NCBI RefSeq assembly: GCF_009914755.1
Contig: NC_060935.1
Reading direction: 5' to 3' (one strand)
Source of the DNA: the human T2T-CHM13v2.0 reference genome, Homo sapiens
Length of the DNA stretch: 64,000 nucleotides
The notes below the pieces were generated by a model. It saw only the letters and a program-made list of their open reading frames with translations, was not told the origin of the DNA and did not search any database. Every line of letters begins with the position of its first letter. Within the stretch, counting starts at the first letter, position 1. Shown in pieces: positions 28,768 through 41,820 of this stretch. The translations under genes were made by a program, and so were the position numbers.

Positions 28768-29695
28768 CTAGGATGAAGAGTTACTATCTGCTCTTCCCAA
28801 TCTACTCTCTGCCCTTCTCGGTCTTCCTCTGGGCCCTGGGAGACTGGTCTCTGCAGACCACATCAACGAGATGTTTTCACTTCTGGTTTCTGAGAGGAAC
28901 TGGCAGGATATCAGAGGGTAGAAGGAGATATATAGGGTTATTTATTCCTCAGGTTCAGCTGCAGATTGTCAGTGATTGGGCTGCTCTGCCAAAAGTTGAT
29001 TTTCTGTGTCTTAGTTTGGGTTCTTTTGAAAGCAGTGCAACTTGAGTGTTGGAGGTTGACTCAGGGAGCAGAAAGAAGAAAGAAAAGCCAATGGAGTGTT
29101 TATAAATGATCTGGTTATTGTTGTGGGCAATTGGGGTGCAGTGACTTTGGGGGCTCCCTGAGGAATTACGAGCATGTGCCCCAGAATGATTTCCACAGAG
29201 GCTGATGGGCTCCGGGCATTTATCCACTCACTTCCACCACCTACCTATTGAGTTTGCGCCTGGAGACATATATTCCACGAATTTCTCCATTGTAACTGTG
29301 CTGGCTAAGTGGCCTTCTGAACCTTTGGAAAAAGCCCCAAGGAGCACAATTAAGAAAGACCTTGAACAATCTATCTTTGCTCTTGAGGTGGGACTCAGGT
29401 AAAGTGTGTGCAACTGTCCACCCTGTGGTGCTAAAGTCAGGCGGACTGATGGTATATGTTGTGGTACATCACCAGCACCTTCTTGCCCTCTGTCAGATGC
29501 AGGACTCCTGGGTTTGCTTCTTCTCTTTGCTGTTTCAGACATAATCATAACAGATCCTGTCCTTACTAGTCCCAGGGTATTTCATTATCTCTTTTTTGCT
29601 TCCTCTAAGGAGGTCTATACTTTTGTAATAGCTCCTCTTAACTCTCTCTTCAATCATCCTTTGGATCTGTTTTGTGCTAAAACTCTAATAGATAA
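28768..29695 (+). mobile_element. LTR33-like 3' LTR, interrupted by a minus-strand LTR16-like element (~29040-29485)
   Basis: Blocks homologous to the 5' LTR (ctctgggccctgggagactgg, cttctggtt, agggttatttattcc), preceded by a purine-rich tract. Confidence 0.55.
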
Positions 29696-29936
29696 GACTA
29701 GTGAAATTTCAAAAGTGAACATATAATGAGCTAAAATCCAGATAGCTAGTCTAGACAAGGTCTACTGTTTCTACCCAGTATCCACATACTAGTTTCTTAT
29801 TAAAATGTTCAAAGCTACACAATCAATTTTTTTGGACTCCCCAAGATGCAGAGACTTTGAGAAAGCACTTTTCATGCCAAGGAAACACTGGCTCCTTTGG
29901 GGCTAACATGTAAATTTATTATTTTTTAAATGTCTG

Positions 29937-30305
29937 TAATATGGTATGGCTGTGTCCCCATCCAAATCTCATCTTAAATTGTAATCCTCATAATTCCCAC
30001 GTGTCAAGGGAAGCATCTAGTAGGAGGTGATTGGACCGTGGGGGTGGTTTCCCCCATGCTGCTTTTGTGATAGTGAGTGAGTTCTCACAAGATCTGATGG
30101 TTTTGTAAGTGTTTGACAGTTTCTCCTTCAAACACTCCCCCTCTCTCCTGTTGCCATGGAGGATGTGTCTGCTTCCCCTTTGACCATGATTGTAAGTTTC
30201 CTGAGGCCTCCTCAGCCATACGTAACTGAGAGTCAATTAAAACACCTTTCCTTTATAAATTACCCAGTCTCAGGTATTTCTTTATAGCAGTGTGAAAATA
30301 GAATT
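29937..30305 (+). mobile_element. THE1D/MSTA-type solo LTR
   Basis: atatggtatggctgtgtcccc...gatagtgagtgagttctcac...tgattgtaagtttcctgagg...aaattacccagtctcagg. Confidence 0.88.
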
Positions 30306-30446
30306 TTTTAAGGAAATGAAAATTATATAATGTTTACTTTCCTCAAACTAGCAAAATGGACATCTGTCATTCTGTTTCACTGCCCAGCATCTAAACCCTC
30401 TTGTTATATTTGGAGAATTTCCCACCTATGTCTCTTGGTCAGAGAG

Positions 30447-31722
30447 TGATATGGTTTGGCTGTGTCTTTACCCAAATCTCATCTTGAATTTAGTTTCCAT
30501 AATCCCCACATGTCATGGGAGGGACACAGTGGGAGGTAATTGAATCATGTGGCTGGTTACCCCCATGGCTCTGTTCTCATGATAGTGAGTGAGTTCTCAT
30601 GAGGTCTGATGGTTTCATAAGAGGCTTTTCCCCCTTTTATTTGGCACTTCTTGCTGCTGCCATGTGAAGAAGGACGTGTTTGCTTCCCCTTCTGCCATGA
30701 TTGTAAGTTTCCTGAGGCTCCCCAGCCATGTTGAACTGTGAGTCAATTAAAACTTTTTCCTTTATAAATTACCCAGTCTTGGATATGCCTTTAATAACAG
30801 TGTAAGAACAGACTGGGAAAAGTAAATTGGTACTGGGTAGTGGGGTGCTGCTGTGAAGGTACTTGAAAACATGGAAGTGGCTTTGGAACTGGGTAACAGG
30901 CAGAGGTTGGAACAGTTCAGAGGTCCCCAAAGAAGAAAGGAAAATATGGGAAAGTTTGGAACTTCTAGAGACTTAGAGGGATCATAAGACAGGAAGATGT
31001 GAGAAAGTTTGGAACTTCCTAGATACTTGTTGAATGACTTTGACCAAAATGCTGATAGTGATATGGACAATAAAGTGCAGGCTGAGTTGCTCTTAGATGG
31101 AGATGAGGAACTTATTGGGCACTGGAGTAAAGGCCACTCTTGCTATGCAGAGACTGGCAGCCTTTTGCTCCTGCCCTAGAGGTCTGTAGAAATTTGAACT
31201 TGAGAGAGATGATTTGGAGTATCTGGCAGAAGACATTTCTAAGCAGCAAAGCATTCAAGAGGAAGTAGAGCATGAAAATTTGGAAACTTCACAGCCTGAT
31301 GGGATGCAATAGAAAAGAAAACCCCATTTTTCTGGGGAGAAATTTGAACTGGCTGCAGAAATTTGCATAAGTATTGAGGAGCCAAATGTTAATCACTAGG
31401 ACAATGGGGAAAATACCTCCAGGGCATATCAGAGACCCACCCATCACAGGCCTGGAGGCCTGGGAGGGAAAATGATTTTGTGGATCAGGACCATGGCCCC
31501 CCTGCTCTATGTAGCCCCAGGACATGGGACCCTGTGTCCCAGCTGCTTCGACTCCAGCAGTGCCTAAAAGGAGCCAACGAACAGCTCTGGCCCTTCCTTC
31601 AGAAGGTGTAAGCTCCAAGCTTTGGTGGCTTACACATGGTGATGGGCCTGTAGGTACACAGAATTCAAGAACTGAGGCTGGGGTGCCTCTGCCTAGATTT
31701 CAGAGGATGTATGGAAATGCCT
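30447..31722 (+). mobile_element. THE1C/D LTR (30447-30821) plus truncated THE1 internal sequence
   Basis: tgatatggtttggctgtgtc... LTR, then gtaaattggtac...ggaactgggtaacaggcagaggttggaacag internal sequence; no 3' LTR. Confidence 0.9.
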
Positions 31723-32149
31723 CTATTTACAGAAGAGGGAGAGGATTCCAGATACCTGTTAATGTGGACAGTAGAACTCCCCTCACTAAAGGACAGAAAT
31801 AAAGAAAGATTACATGATGCCATGTTTGTACAAGGTGCTCAATAAGTATTTGCTTCCACATGTCAGCTGAAACCTAATATTAGCTATATCTGCTGGAATC
31901 AGAGCTCAAAGTGTTCTTTCATTTATGGATTCAAGAAAAGCACAGAGCAGCTAATGTTTTCCAGAAACTGTGGTGCTCTGGGGCATGCAACAGCAATCAT
32001 GCAGAATGTATAGTCCCCCATGGGCTGAGCTTGCAGTTGGTGGGGAGTACCTACAAGTAACTGGCTCTTAAAATGCTGTGTGGTAAGTCCTTTGATGTGG
32101 GGGTAGAGGTGAGAAAGGCACTGACCCAATCTTTGGAAGAAATGATATA

Positions 32150-32620
32150 CTGGTTATAATTGTGCTTGTCTATAATAGTAAACTCTACTCACCCCCTACC
32201 CCCTGAATGTCCCCCACAAAATAGTGACCTTAACAATGAGAGATTATATGCTTCCAGAAGTAGGTGATCCATGCTTATATGGCAGCTCAAAAATGCCATC
32301 AGGGCCTTTGCTCGGTCATCCTTAGCATATGGTTCTTGTCCTCATAGTGGCAAGATGGCTCCTAAAGTTCCAGGAATCAATTCTACATTCCAGGCAGGAA
32401 CAAGAGGAAGAACAAATGGCAAAACACTAGATGAACCTGTCAGAGGTTTTCCAGAATCTCAACCTAATGTTTTATTTCTTTGGCTACACCTGTGTCCCAT
32501 GGCTGCTCTGGATCCAAGGGTGCTGAGAAATAAAGCTTTTGGCTCTAAACTTTGACAACTCAGACAAAACTGGATTTCTGTTAATCAGGAAGGCAAAATG
32601 GCTACTGCAGAAGCAATTAT
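32150..32620 (-). mobile_element. Old MLT1 (J/K-like) LTR
   Basis: catccttagcat...caagatggctcc...cattccaggcagga...ccatggctgctctgg reverse-MLT1 pattern. Confidence 0.5.
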
Positions 32621-34189
32621 AATTCTTTGCCTCATGGGTCAGAACAGAAGGAAGAAGTGAGCACTGAGTTCCTAGGCACCTTGCTTTTGTCCGCTGGGGT
32701 CCCTTTTGCCACTCTGGACCAAGTCTCACTCTGGCCTTGTAGGTGATCACAAGGCTGGAACAGGGAAGGGGGACTTGATGAAGCCTGAAGATGACTTCCT
32801 CCCACCCCTGCCGTTTCACGCAGAATCACCTCCAAACATGCTAGGAAGGCATGCTCTGCACTGGCATGCAACAGTGACCCCGACAAAGCAGCCCCCACCT
32901 CCAGAGAAGTCACATTTAGTGAAGATAACTAACCAACCATTCTCAGTTAAGACATTTTGATATTTTTTTCATATCATATTCATTCCTCCAAGCCAACAGT
33001 AGGGAAAGTAAGTGTCTCATTATACAGATAAGGAACTGGAAGCCCAGAGAGAGTTGAAACTTGTGTAGTTCACACTACTGGTCAAGACTGGAATAGGATT
33101 TGCTTCCCACTTCAGTGCTTTCTCCTCTCCAGAATCCTTTCTGCTCCCCAACCCCTACCCCAAGCCTCACTCTGGTGAGAGAAAGAACTGGAAGAGAAGG
33201 TGCTGTGGTCCCAGGCATTACAGCAACTGAACATATTCTGAACCAGGAGGCCTGATTAGTAGCCACTGCTCTGTTCTCATCATATTCTTGCAAGAGGAAG
33301 TGGTGGTGGTTTTCCCCGCAATCAGGAAGGAATTCCATCATTCATCTGCTAAGGCAGCACCTCCCTGAAATAATCTCTTCTCCCAGTCAGGCCTAGCTGG
33401 CTCCTTTCCCTCTGCAGCAGGATTGGGAAGGTTGGCCTTATTATGGTCCCTCCTTGCTCTTGATTCCTGTGGGGCCTTCTTGACTGCCAGTAGCACATTG
33501 GCTTGGTTCAGGGTGGAGTTGCTCTGAACTACTTTAGGAAGGAGAGGCCCTGGCCTTGTCCCTGGCACTTTCCCTTTCCCTTCATTCCCTCCCAGCTGTG
33601 GCATTCACAGAGTTTCCCTCCTCCAGCCCAGTCCTGGGCAGCAATAGCCTTCATGTTAGATGCCAAAAGGAGCATTCATCCTTCCCCCATGGGCTGGCAC
33701 TGGGGCACTAAGCTTGGGCACCAAGGCGGGGCCTCATGGAGGCTCATGGAGGGGGCTGTGTGAATGGGGTGTGCTGTGTCATGCCTTTCCGCCACTGTTT
33801 CTGCTCCTACCTGCCTCCAAGGCCTGCATATGACTCAGGAGTCAGTTCAAGTTTATCTCCCTTGGCAGATCTTCCCTGCTCCCTGCCCACTCCACCACCA
33901 CATCCTCTCCAGAGCTGGAAGATCCCTTCCCACATCCCACAGGTCTCAGAGCACTTAACCCCTGGTTCCAGTGGACACATCTGTTTCTGTCTTTCACCTC
34001 CCTCCTTTTGACTGTGAGATCCTTGCATTCTCACAGTGCCTTGGCACTTAGTAAACCCTCAGTACATATTGGGTGAATCCAGGATGCGCCCTGGTGCAGA
34101 ACACTACAGGAGCATGTAGAGAAAGCTTTTATCACATTCCTGAGGTACCTTAAGGTGAGGTACTTGTAGAGAGGGACAGAAATCCTAAT

Positions 34190-34415
34190 AGCACATTTTT
34201 GTTGAGTATTTGATAGTTGCCAAGCACTAGTATGGCTTTTTGCATACTTTGCGTATTTGCTCACTAAGTCTTCACCACAACCCTACAAGGTAGGCGCTGT
34301 CTCCACTTTGCCCATGAGAAAACAGAGGCTAAGAAAGGTTAAGTAACTTGCTCAAGATCCCACAGTAGGACAAGATAGAGGGATTTCGACCTCACAGCTC
34401 AAGCTCTTAACCCTC
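34190..34415 (-). mobile_element. MIR
   Basis: cacaaccctacaaggtagg...atgagaaaacagaggctaagaaaggttaagtaacttgctcaagatc. Confidence 0.75.
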
Positions 34416-35317
34416 TGCCATGCATGTTGTGTCCTTAGTACCACCTCCCCGCCCTCCCAGCCACACAGGAGCTTGTAGCACAGGCGAGACATTCTCAAGT
34501 GGATCAATTAGACGAAAAAGCAAGACAGAGCCTGCCCCAACACTTAACACTCAATTATTGCCCAAATGCTAATGTACAGAAGAAATAATGAGGACTGGAC
34601 TGGAGGGAGAGCCAGAAACGGCTTCCACAGAAAGGTGTGCCTCATCCAGCCTGAGAGACATGGAGGAGCAGGACCAGCAGGTGATGGGGGCGGGGGGCGG
34701 GGGGCGGAGGGGGGTGAGCAACCCGTTTCAGGTTTCTTCCAAAAAGACGTGTGCAGGAGGCTAGCTGAACTTAGCCACAGTTTCAGAGATGCATAGAAAT
34801 GAAACTACTGGAAGCATTTGGCTTCAGTTAAACTTGGGGCCGAGCAGAGCCAAGACCAGCACACCTGGCTGAGGAGCATGGGCTGTCTGATGGCCATCTC
34901 ACCAAGATGGTATGGGAGCAGTGACTGGGAGGAGACCCAAAGCCAAGGTGGGAAGGTGTCACCAGCTTCCTGACCACATAAGGAGAAAGGTAGCTCCTGT
35001 TTATCCATCAAATATTTAACTAAGAACAGGTCTTAATAAGACATTGCTTTGGTTTTGGGAGGAGGGCAGATTTGTTTGTTTGTTTGTTTTTCTCTTACCC
35101 CTGGAGAGTGAAGAAATAGAACCCATGCAAGCAGGACTTGCTGCAAAAATGTCGCCTCTCCATTCAGATGCTGCCACACTGTCGGAAATGCCACCATTAG
35201 TAAGGGATTTGAAAACTTGATCCTTCTTCATTCAAGATGAAAAAAGTTTACATAGCTATAGACCTTGACAGGTCACTAAAAAGTGTTCAGACTCCTGAAA
35301 AATGTATGAAGAATCCT

Positions 35318-36007
35318 CAAAACATTAAAAATAGAGTGGCCACAAGATTCAGCATCCCACCACTGCGTATATATCAAAAAATATGAAATCAGTCAGAGCT
35401 ATCTGCACTCCCATGTTCATTGCGGCAGTATTCACAATAGCCAAGGTTTGGAATCAACCTGAGTATCCATGGAGACTCGTGGATGGGTTTTTAAAGTATG
35501 GTACATATACATAATGAAATACACAGCAGCCTTAAAAAAGAAGAAAATCTTTTCATTTGAAACAGCATGGATTAACCTAGATGACATTATATTAAGTGAA
35601 ATAAACCAGGCTACAGAAAGACAAATGCCATATGACCTCACTCAACGTCTAATCTAAGAAAAGTGTTGAACTCATAGAAATACAAAATGAAATGGGGTTA
35701 CCAGAGACTGGGGGCTGGGAGGATTGGGGAAATATTGGTCTAAGGACATGAAGTTTCAGTGAGACAACATGAATAAGTTGAAGAGATCTATTTTACAATA
35801 CGGTGACTATAGTTAATAGCAATATATTGTATATTTGAAAGCTGCTGAGAGAGTAGATTTTAAGCGTTCTCACCACAAAAAGTAAGTGTGTGAGACAAAG
35901 CCTATGTTAAACAGCTTGACTTAGCCATTCCACAATGTATACAAACACCAAAACATCATGCTGTAATCATAAAGTTTACTTGTCAATTAAAAAAATAAAT
36001 TTAAAAA
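35318..36007 (+). mobile_element. L1MA-type 3' fragment
   Basis: ctgcactcccatgttcattgc...aagtgaaataaaccagg...gagagtagattttaagcgttctcaccac...ttgtcaattaaaaaaataaa. Confidence 0.85.
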
Positions 36008-36069
36008 GGGTTCCAATTCCTTATATCTGTTGAATCCTGCAGTAGGTCTATGAAGTATGCTGGGCTCTA

Positions 36070-36420
36070 GAATGTAGTTGTTTAAGCACCCAAGTGATGA
36101 AGCCAGACTGAGTTTGAATCCCATCTCTGACTAGCTATGAAACCCGGGGCCACCCACATAACCTCCCTGCGCCTTAGTTTTCTTTGCCCATAAGTGGGGT
36201 GATGATAGTACTTACCTCAGAGAGCTGCTATGATTAAATAAACTACTGATGTAAGTGATTGGAACAATGTCTAGCATGCAGCAAGTGATATGTAAACATT
36301 AGCAATTATCATTATCCTATTTTATAGGTGAGGTAAACTGAGGCTCAGAGAGGTGAAGTGACTTACTCCAGGTCACACCACCAGTTGATGGCAGAATGAA
36401 GATCTAACCTCTGCAATTTG
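36070..36420. mobile_element. Two MIR fragments in opposite orientations
   Basis: gagtttgaatccc...ccttagttttc (plus) then aaactgaggctcagagaggtgaagtgacttac (minus). Confidence 0.7.
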
Positions 36421-36636
36421 GTCTTCCAACTTGAAGCCTGATGATCACAATGAGGAAGGCTCTCCCTCTTCTTCCACCCTCTCAAAGCAGTGATAATCAT
36501 TGTGAAGACCCTTTCTTTTAAATATGACAAAAAAAAAAGTGCCTGGCAGAGAGGACTTAAAAAGCAGATGATGAGGCCCCAAGGAGAAGGGATAGCAATG
36601 CTTATTAACATTCTGCTCTCTGCTGGACTATTAGAT

Positions 36637-36977
36637 GATGGGTTGGAAAACCTTTTTCTGTAAATGGCCAAACAGTAAATATTTTAGTCTTTGCGGGCCA
36701 CCTGGTCTCTGTCAAAACCACTCAATTCTGCCATCGTAGTTCACAAACAACCATGAGCAATACGTAAATCAATGGGCATGACTATGTCCCAGTAACACTT
36801 TATTATGGATTCTGAAATTTGAATTAGGTAGAATTATATTTCATGTATGGTGAAATATTTCTCTTCTCTTGATTCTTTCCAGCCATTTAAAAATGAAAAA
36901 GCAATTCTGTGCTTGAGGGGCATACAAAAGCAAACAGCAAGACAGATACCAGGGGGCTGTAGTTGGCTGACCCCTGA
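36637..36977. mobile_element. MER58B (hAT-Charlie)
   Basis: gggttggaaaacctttttctgtaaatggccaaacagtaaatattttagtctttgcgggcc...ggctgtagttggctgacccctg. Confidence 0.85.
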
Positions 36978-38386
36978 TGCAGAGGCTGAGATTAACTTAA
37001 TTCTACCAGCACTGCTGAGACTCATTTTATGCATGAGTAAACTGAGGCTCAGGGGCTTCCATCACCAGCTTACAAGGCAGATTAGTGAGGAGCAGAGCTA
37101 GGATTCAGTTCCTCTTTCCATCTCCTCTGTGATGCTCTTGGACCTAGTTGTTCCTTCTGTGTTTGTCACCACTGTGTGACAAGGTTGCAAGACCCTCTGT
37201 TATAGGACGAGGGAAACCGTCCTAATGGACATGCCCCTTCAGTGTGTGATGACGGCATTTGCCATACTCAAGCCTTTTAGGGAAGCAACGTCAATCAGCT
37301 GATGTTCAGGACATGTTGCTTCAGGAAATAGCAGATCCCAGCCACACCATGGGGCAGGTGCTTCGTACTCATTTGGTACGTGGCATAGGGCAATGGTTCT
37401 GTCATTGCCCCAGCTCTGTGGTACTGGTGACAAGACTCTTGATTCTCTGGCTTGTAGTCAGAAAGAAGTTTGGGAGGTTCCCACATGGCAGATCACCTTC
37501 GTGGGATAACACAGAAAGGTGCATTGGTCTCAAGGGCTTTGGATCATACTGGACAAGCAGCAGCAAAATGAGAGAGGTGCATGCCTGAAAGATAAAACTG
37601 GGCTAGGAGGTTTCCTGAAGGGTGCGGCCTGGGACTGGGAGATTTCCTGAGGGCCAACTAGGCTTTATCTCCCTCTTCTTCACATCCCGCATCTCAGACC
37701 TCAGACTTGGCTTCTGCCCCCACCTGCCAGACACACTCTCAGCTGAGCCAGCTGTAAGACTGGGGTCCGGCATCCAGCCTTTCCTCCTTGGTGCACATTG
37801 AAGACCCAGGAGTGCCCCGCACTGGAGCTGCTGTTCCCAGACTGCAGCAAAACCACAGCTGCAGCTGCCTGACTGCAGGTCTGAGCTTGTTTAGGCTTCA
37901 CCGGAAAGAAAAATGCTCCCGCCTTATGCAATGGGTGCAGTCTGTCCTGGGAGCTGTGGCAAGCCAAGCCTGTCTGAGTGAGGGTGACTGGGGACCCTGG
38001 CACTTGCCTACTTACTTTATATCCTTTTAAAATTGTTGTTTCAGAAATAAACACTCTCAAAGTAGAAAATTTAGAAAATATGCATGACAAAAGAAAAAAT
38101 GAAAATGACCCGTAATCCTGCTTCCTAAGAGTAACTGTTTTTCTTCTCTTTCCAGTCTTTTTTTCTATGCATGTGTGCTCCCTATCCAAATGGGATCATA
38201 GGATAAATGCTGCTTGGGGAATTTGTTTCTTTTTTATTTAACACTGTAGGGTGAACATCTTTCCATGCCAAAGCAAACTTTTCTTTGCCGTTATTTTTGC
38301 CTATCATCTGCTTTTGGCAAGTCCTCTTCCAAAGGTGTGTGGAACTTGGAGAGGATTTCTGTGTATTGGGGTCCTAGGCTCCAACT

Positions 38387-38436
38387 GGATCACCGGATCC
38401 AGTCCTTTTTAGGATCACCGGATCCAGCCCTTTTTA
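38387..38436. repeat. 25-bp tandem duplication
   Basis: ggatcaccggatccag(t/c)ccttttta x2 with one mismatch. Confidence 0.95.
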
Positions 38437-39329
38437 GGTAGGAGTGCGGGGGCAGCTCTGTGGCTTTGAGTAATAAAAAAAGCCCTAGGCTCATTGTTTG
38501 CACAAGTGTTCCTGCCCCAGCCCTGCTCTGACTCATGGTGCATCTTAAACTTGTCCCTTCATCCCTCTGGGCCTCAGTTTCTTTATCTATAAAATGGGAC
38601 GGTCGGATTGAGGGCTTTGCTAGCTCTAATGTCCATGACTAAGCACTTGTATACTGAGGCAGATTCCAGAAGCCTCTGGGAGCATTGGCTGCTGAGAGGA
38701 AGTTATCTCTTCCCAGCCAGTAAGCTGGCATCTGGCTCAAGGCTAACCAAGGAGCTAGGCATCTTGGTCTGGAAGATCTGAAACCTCTCTGGGGTAGCCA
38801 GCACCCTATGCTATGGTTCCCAGGGCTTCACAGATCACTGGGTTCTCCCCACCTTCCTGTTCCCTGCCTCTGGGAAAGGGAAGCAGCCGTCCTGTGCCAG
38901 CACTGAGCTCACAACTCCACTGCTTCTTGGTCATGGTATTAACAGCTGGAACCTGCAGCAGCCAATAGCTACTGGTCACTCTCTGAAATGCAAACCAGGT
39001 GACTAGGCAGAGAGTGACATCTCAGGCAGTGCCAGGGCCAGTGCCTGGGAGGCTGGGCAGGTGGTAGAGCTGGGGCTTCTGGGAGCTGCAAAGGGCCTAG
39101 GAAAAGGGCGTTGGGTGGGCAGGCTTTCCTCACCTCTGTTTTCCCTTCCTCCTGTGATCCAGGAATAGCAGCTGGCTTTTCTTAATCTGATGTGAAGAGT
39201 CCTGCCAAGAAACTAGAAGGCTGAGGCAGCTGCTGTGTGAAGGTTTTGAGGGATCGGAGCATCATGAAGTATAAACAGCAGAATCTTTTTTTCTGGCACT
39301 TGGGCTGTTTGTCTTCTATACTCTTTTAT

Positions 39330-40230
39330 AGAAATTACAACAACAGCAAGAACAATAATAGCAATACAGCTACCATGTAATAAGTTTTGCCATCTTCTAG
39401 GCAATGAGCCCAATGCTTTACTTGCTTCATCTTATTTGAGATGAGCTGTTTGTTGGTATTATCTTTATTTTACAGCTGGGGAAATAAAAGTTCCAAGAGG
39501 TTAAGCTATTTGCCTAAGGCTCCCTAGCAATGAGTTGCTAGGCTACGATTTGGACTCAGAACATCTGTTCTTAAGCTTGGCCTCTTATCCACCTGGCCTT
39601 TCCATCTCCTCAAAGCTTCATGCTCCAGTTGGGCAGGAACCTCCCACTGTAGTTTCAGTTTTTCCTTATATGCAGAGATTCCCAGAGGCTTAGAAATTCT
39701 ATCAGTTCCAGGCATCTAGGTGCTAGGTCCCATGCTCATCAACAGTGTACCCAAAATGTGTAAGCTTTGGTCTTCAAGTGCTGGAAGTTTAATATTTCAT
39801 TGATGAGATGAGTGATACAGATCTTGAGTTTCCAGGGGGCATTTATATTTTTCATGGCATCATGGAGTGTGTGTTTTGAGCCATGCCTTCTGCAATGTGA
39901 ATCCCACATCTGCCACTTACCTGTGACTCTGGGCAAGTCTCTTATCCTCTCTGTGCCTCAGAATCCTCCTCTCTTAAACAGGGGGAATGTTGTATACTTT
40001 ATAGAGATGACTCTTAAGGATTAAAGAGAAGGTATATAAAGTACTGTCACTTAGCAGGTGCTTCATGAATGTTAGCTCTTGTTATAAAGACTAAGAGAAT
40101 GGTACCCTGGGTCAGATGCTTGAGTTTTATTCTAACTTAACTACTTAGCAGTTGTGTGACTTTGGATAACTCACTTCTATCACTCTGTGCCTCAGTTAAT
40201 AGGATTGTCATAAGGAGTAAATGTGTATCT
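39330..40230. mobile_element. Cluster of MIR fragments
   Basis: ttttacagctgggg...gaggttaagctatttgcctaagg; tgtgactctgggcaagtc...tctgtgcctcag; tgtgtgactttggataac. Confidence 0.6.
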
Positions 40231-40974
40231 TCTATGTATATAAGTATACAAATGCACACACATATTTCAGAGCAACACATGTTTACTAAGTATCTATTAT
40301 GTCCCTGGCACATACCAACTGTTCTGGGTTTTACTTTTCATTATTATTCCTCTACTATCAGCACAATTTTATATTTATTACCATGACTACTAGTCATGCA
40401 TCTGATTTATGGATTCGAAACCACCTCGCTCTCTCCTCTAGATGACCATATTTGTATTCATGGCATTGCACATTTAAGTCATCAAAACTTGTAACTTTGG
40501 AATTATTTATAATTTTCCTTTCCCCCTCCACAATCACCCTGTCAGTACTGTCTGGGACTGTTTCTTCCATCAAAACCGTCCTTTCCATTCCCACTGGCAT
40601 CATATACCTCATCAGTCATTTAGAGATGGTGTGAGTGAGTGTTGCAGCTTCTTCCCTGGGAGCCACTTTTGATGAGAAGAAGCCAGGAAGGGAGGGGCAC
40701 ATGGTTCTTCCACATCCACTCCCCTGTGGTTGGTCATTTCCCATCAAGATAGCCAAAGAATTATTCTTTGAACTCAATTCTGTTTACTTCTCTCCTGAAA
40801 AACAATCAATGCCCCCCTACCCATGCCTTTTATTTTTCACACAGATTCTTGAGTCTGGGTTTCAAGGCTTTCCACAGTCTGGCCTAAGCTTTTTACAGGA
40901 ATCACCATGGATGATGCCTGACCTTGCATTTTGCTCATGCAGTTTGTTTGTACCATTCAAGGTAGGTCTCTAGT

Positions 40975-41325
40975 CAGTAATGGGTTCAGGAATGGGCAGT
41001 CCTAAGCTACTTCGTGTCAATGGGATCTGAGGAGAAGTTTGCTTGGGGCTTCTGGGAAATATATACTACTTTTTTTTCCCTCTCTGCTTTTCAATGCAAA
41101 CACCTTTTGCCCCAGGTGCAGCTGACAGCCAGCTTGCAACCACAAGGATGGCCACCATGAAGTCAAAGGAGAACTGAGAGAAGAACCAAGAAACAGACCA
41201 GGAACCCTGACCGAACTGCTCTGAAAAGCCCCTGCTTCTGGACTCCATTGTGTAAAATACATTTCCCCGTTGCCTAAGCCTGGTCAAGACATACTTTTGT
41301 TACTTGCAGCTAAAAGAATCCCAGC
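40975..41325 (+). mobile_element. Old MLT1 (J/K-like) LTR
   Basis: ggggcttctgggaaa...cagccagcttgcaaccac...ttgttacttgcagctaaaagaatcc. Confidence 0.6.
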
Positions 41326-41820
41326 GGATATATTCATCTTTCCAGCTTTATCTCCAGCCATACAGGATAACTTGCTTCTCTTGAAATTTCCCCTCACAGT
41401 CCTACCTTGGTGCCTTCTCTCATTCTTGTCTTCACCTGGAATGCTCTCCCCAAACTATATTGTTAAGGTCTTATACACTCTTCAAAGTCCAGATTCAAAG
41501 GCACCAACTTATCCTCATTCAGAAGGACTCTCTGCCCTCCTGAGTCTCCAAGATGCTTTGTGTACACCTGATGGCACCAAAACATCCACTCTACAGCACG
41601 CTCATCTGCCTCCTTCACGGGATGGCATATTCCAGGGAGGCTGCTTCTCTTTATAATTTTGAATCCCCTAGTCTGGAACAAAGTGTGCTTAGGAGATATT
41701 TGTTGCATTAAGATGTGAAATTCAATACAAATGATAACCAAAAGTCAAATGATGGTAACAAAAGCAATCAGTGTTAAGTAAGGCAGAAAGGGATGGGATC
41801 TCTCTGGGCTGGAGCAGTGA

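Noticed and set aside
30930-31030. ~55-60-bp imperfect tandem duplication in the THE1 internal sequence
   Set aside because: I recall this duplication in other THE1-int copies, so it is probably a family feature rather than locus-specific (check Dfam).
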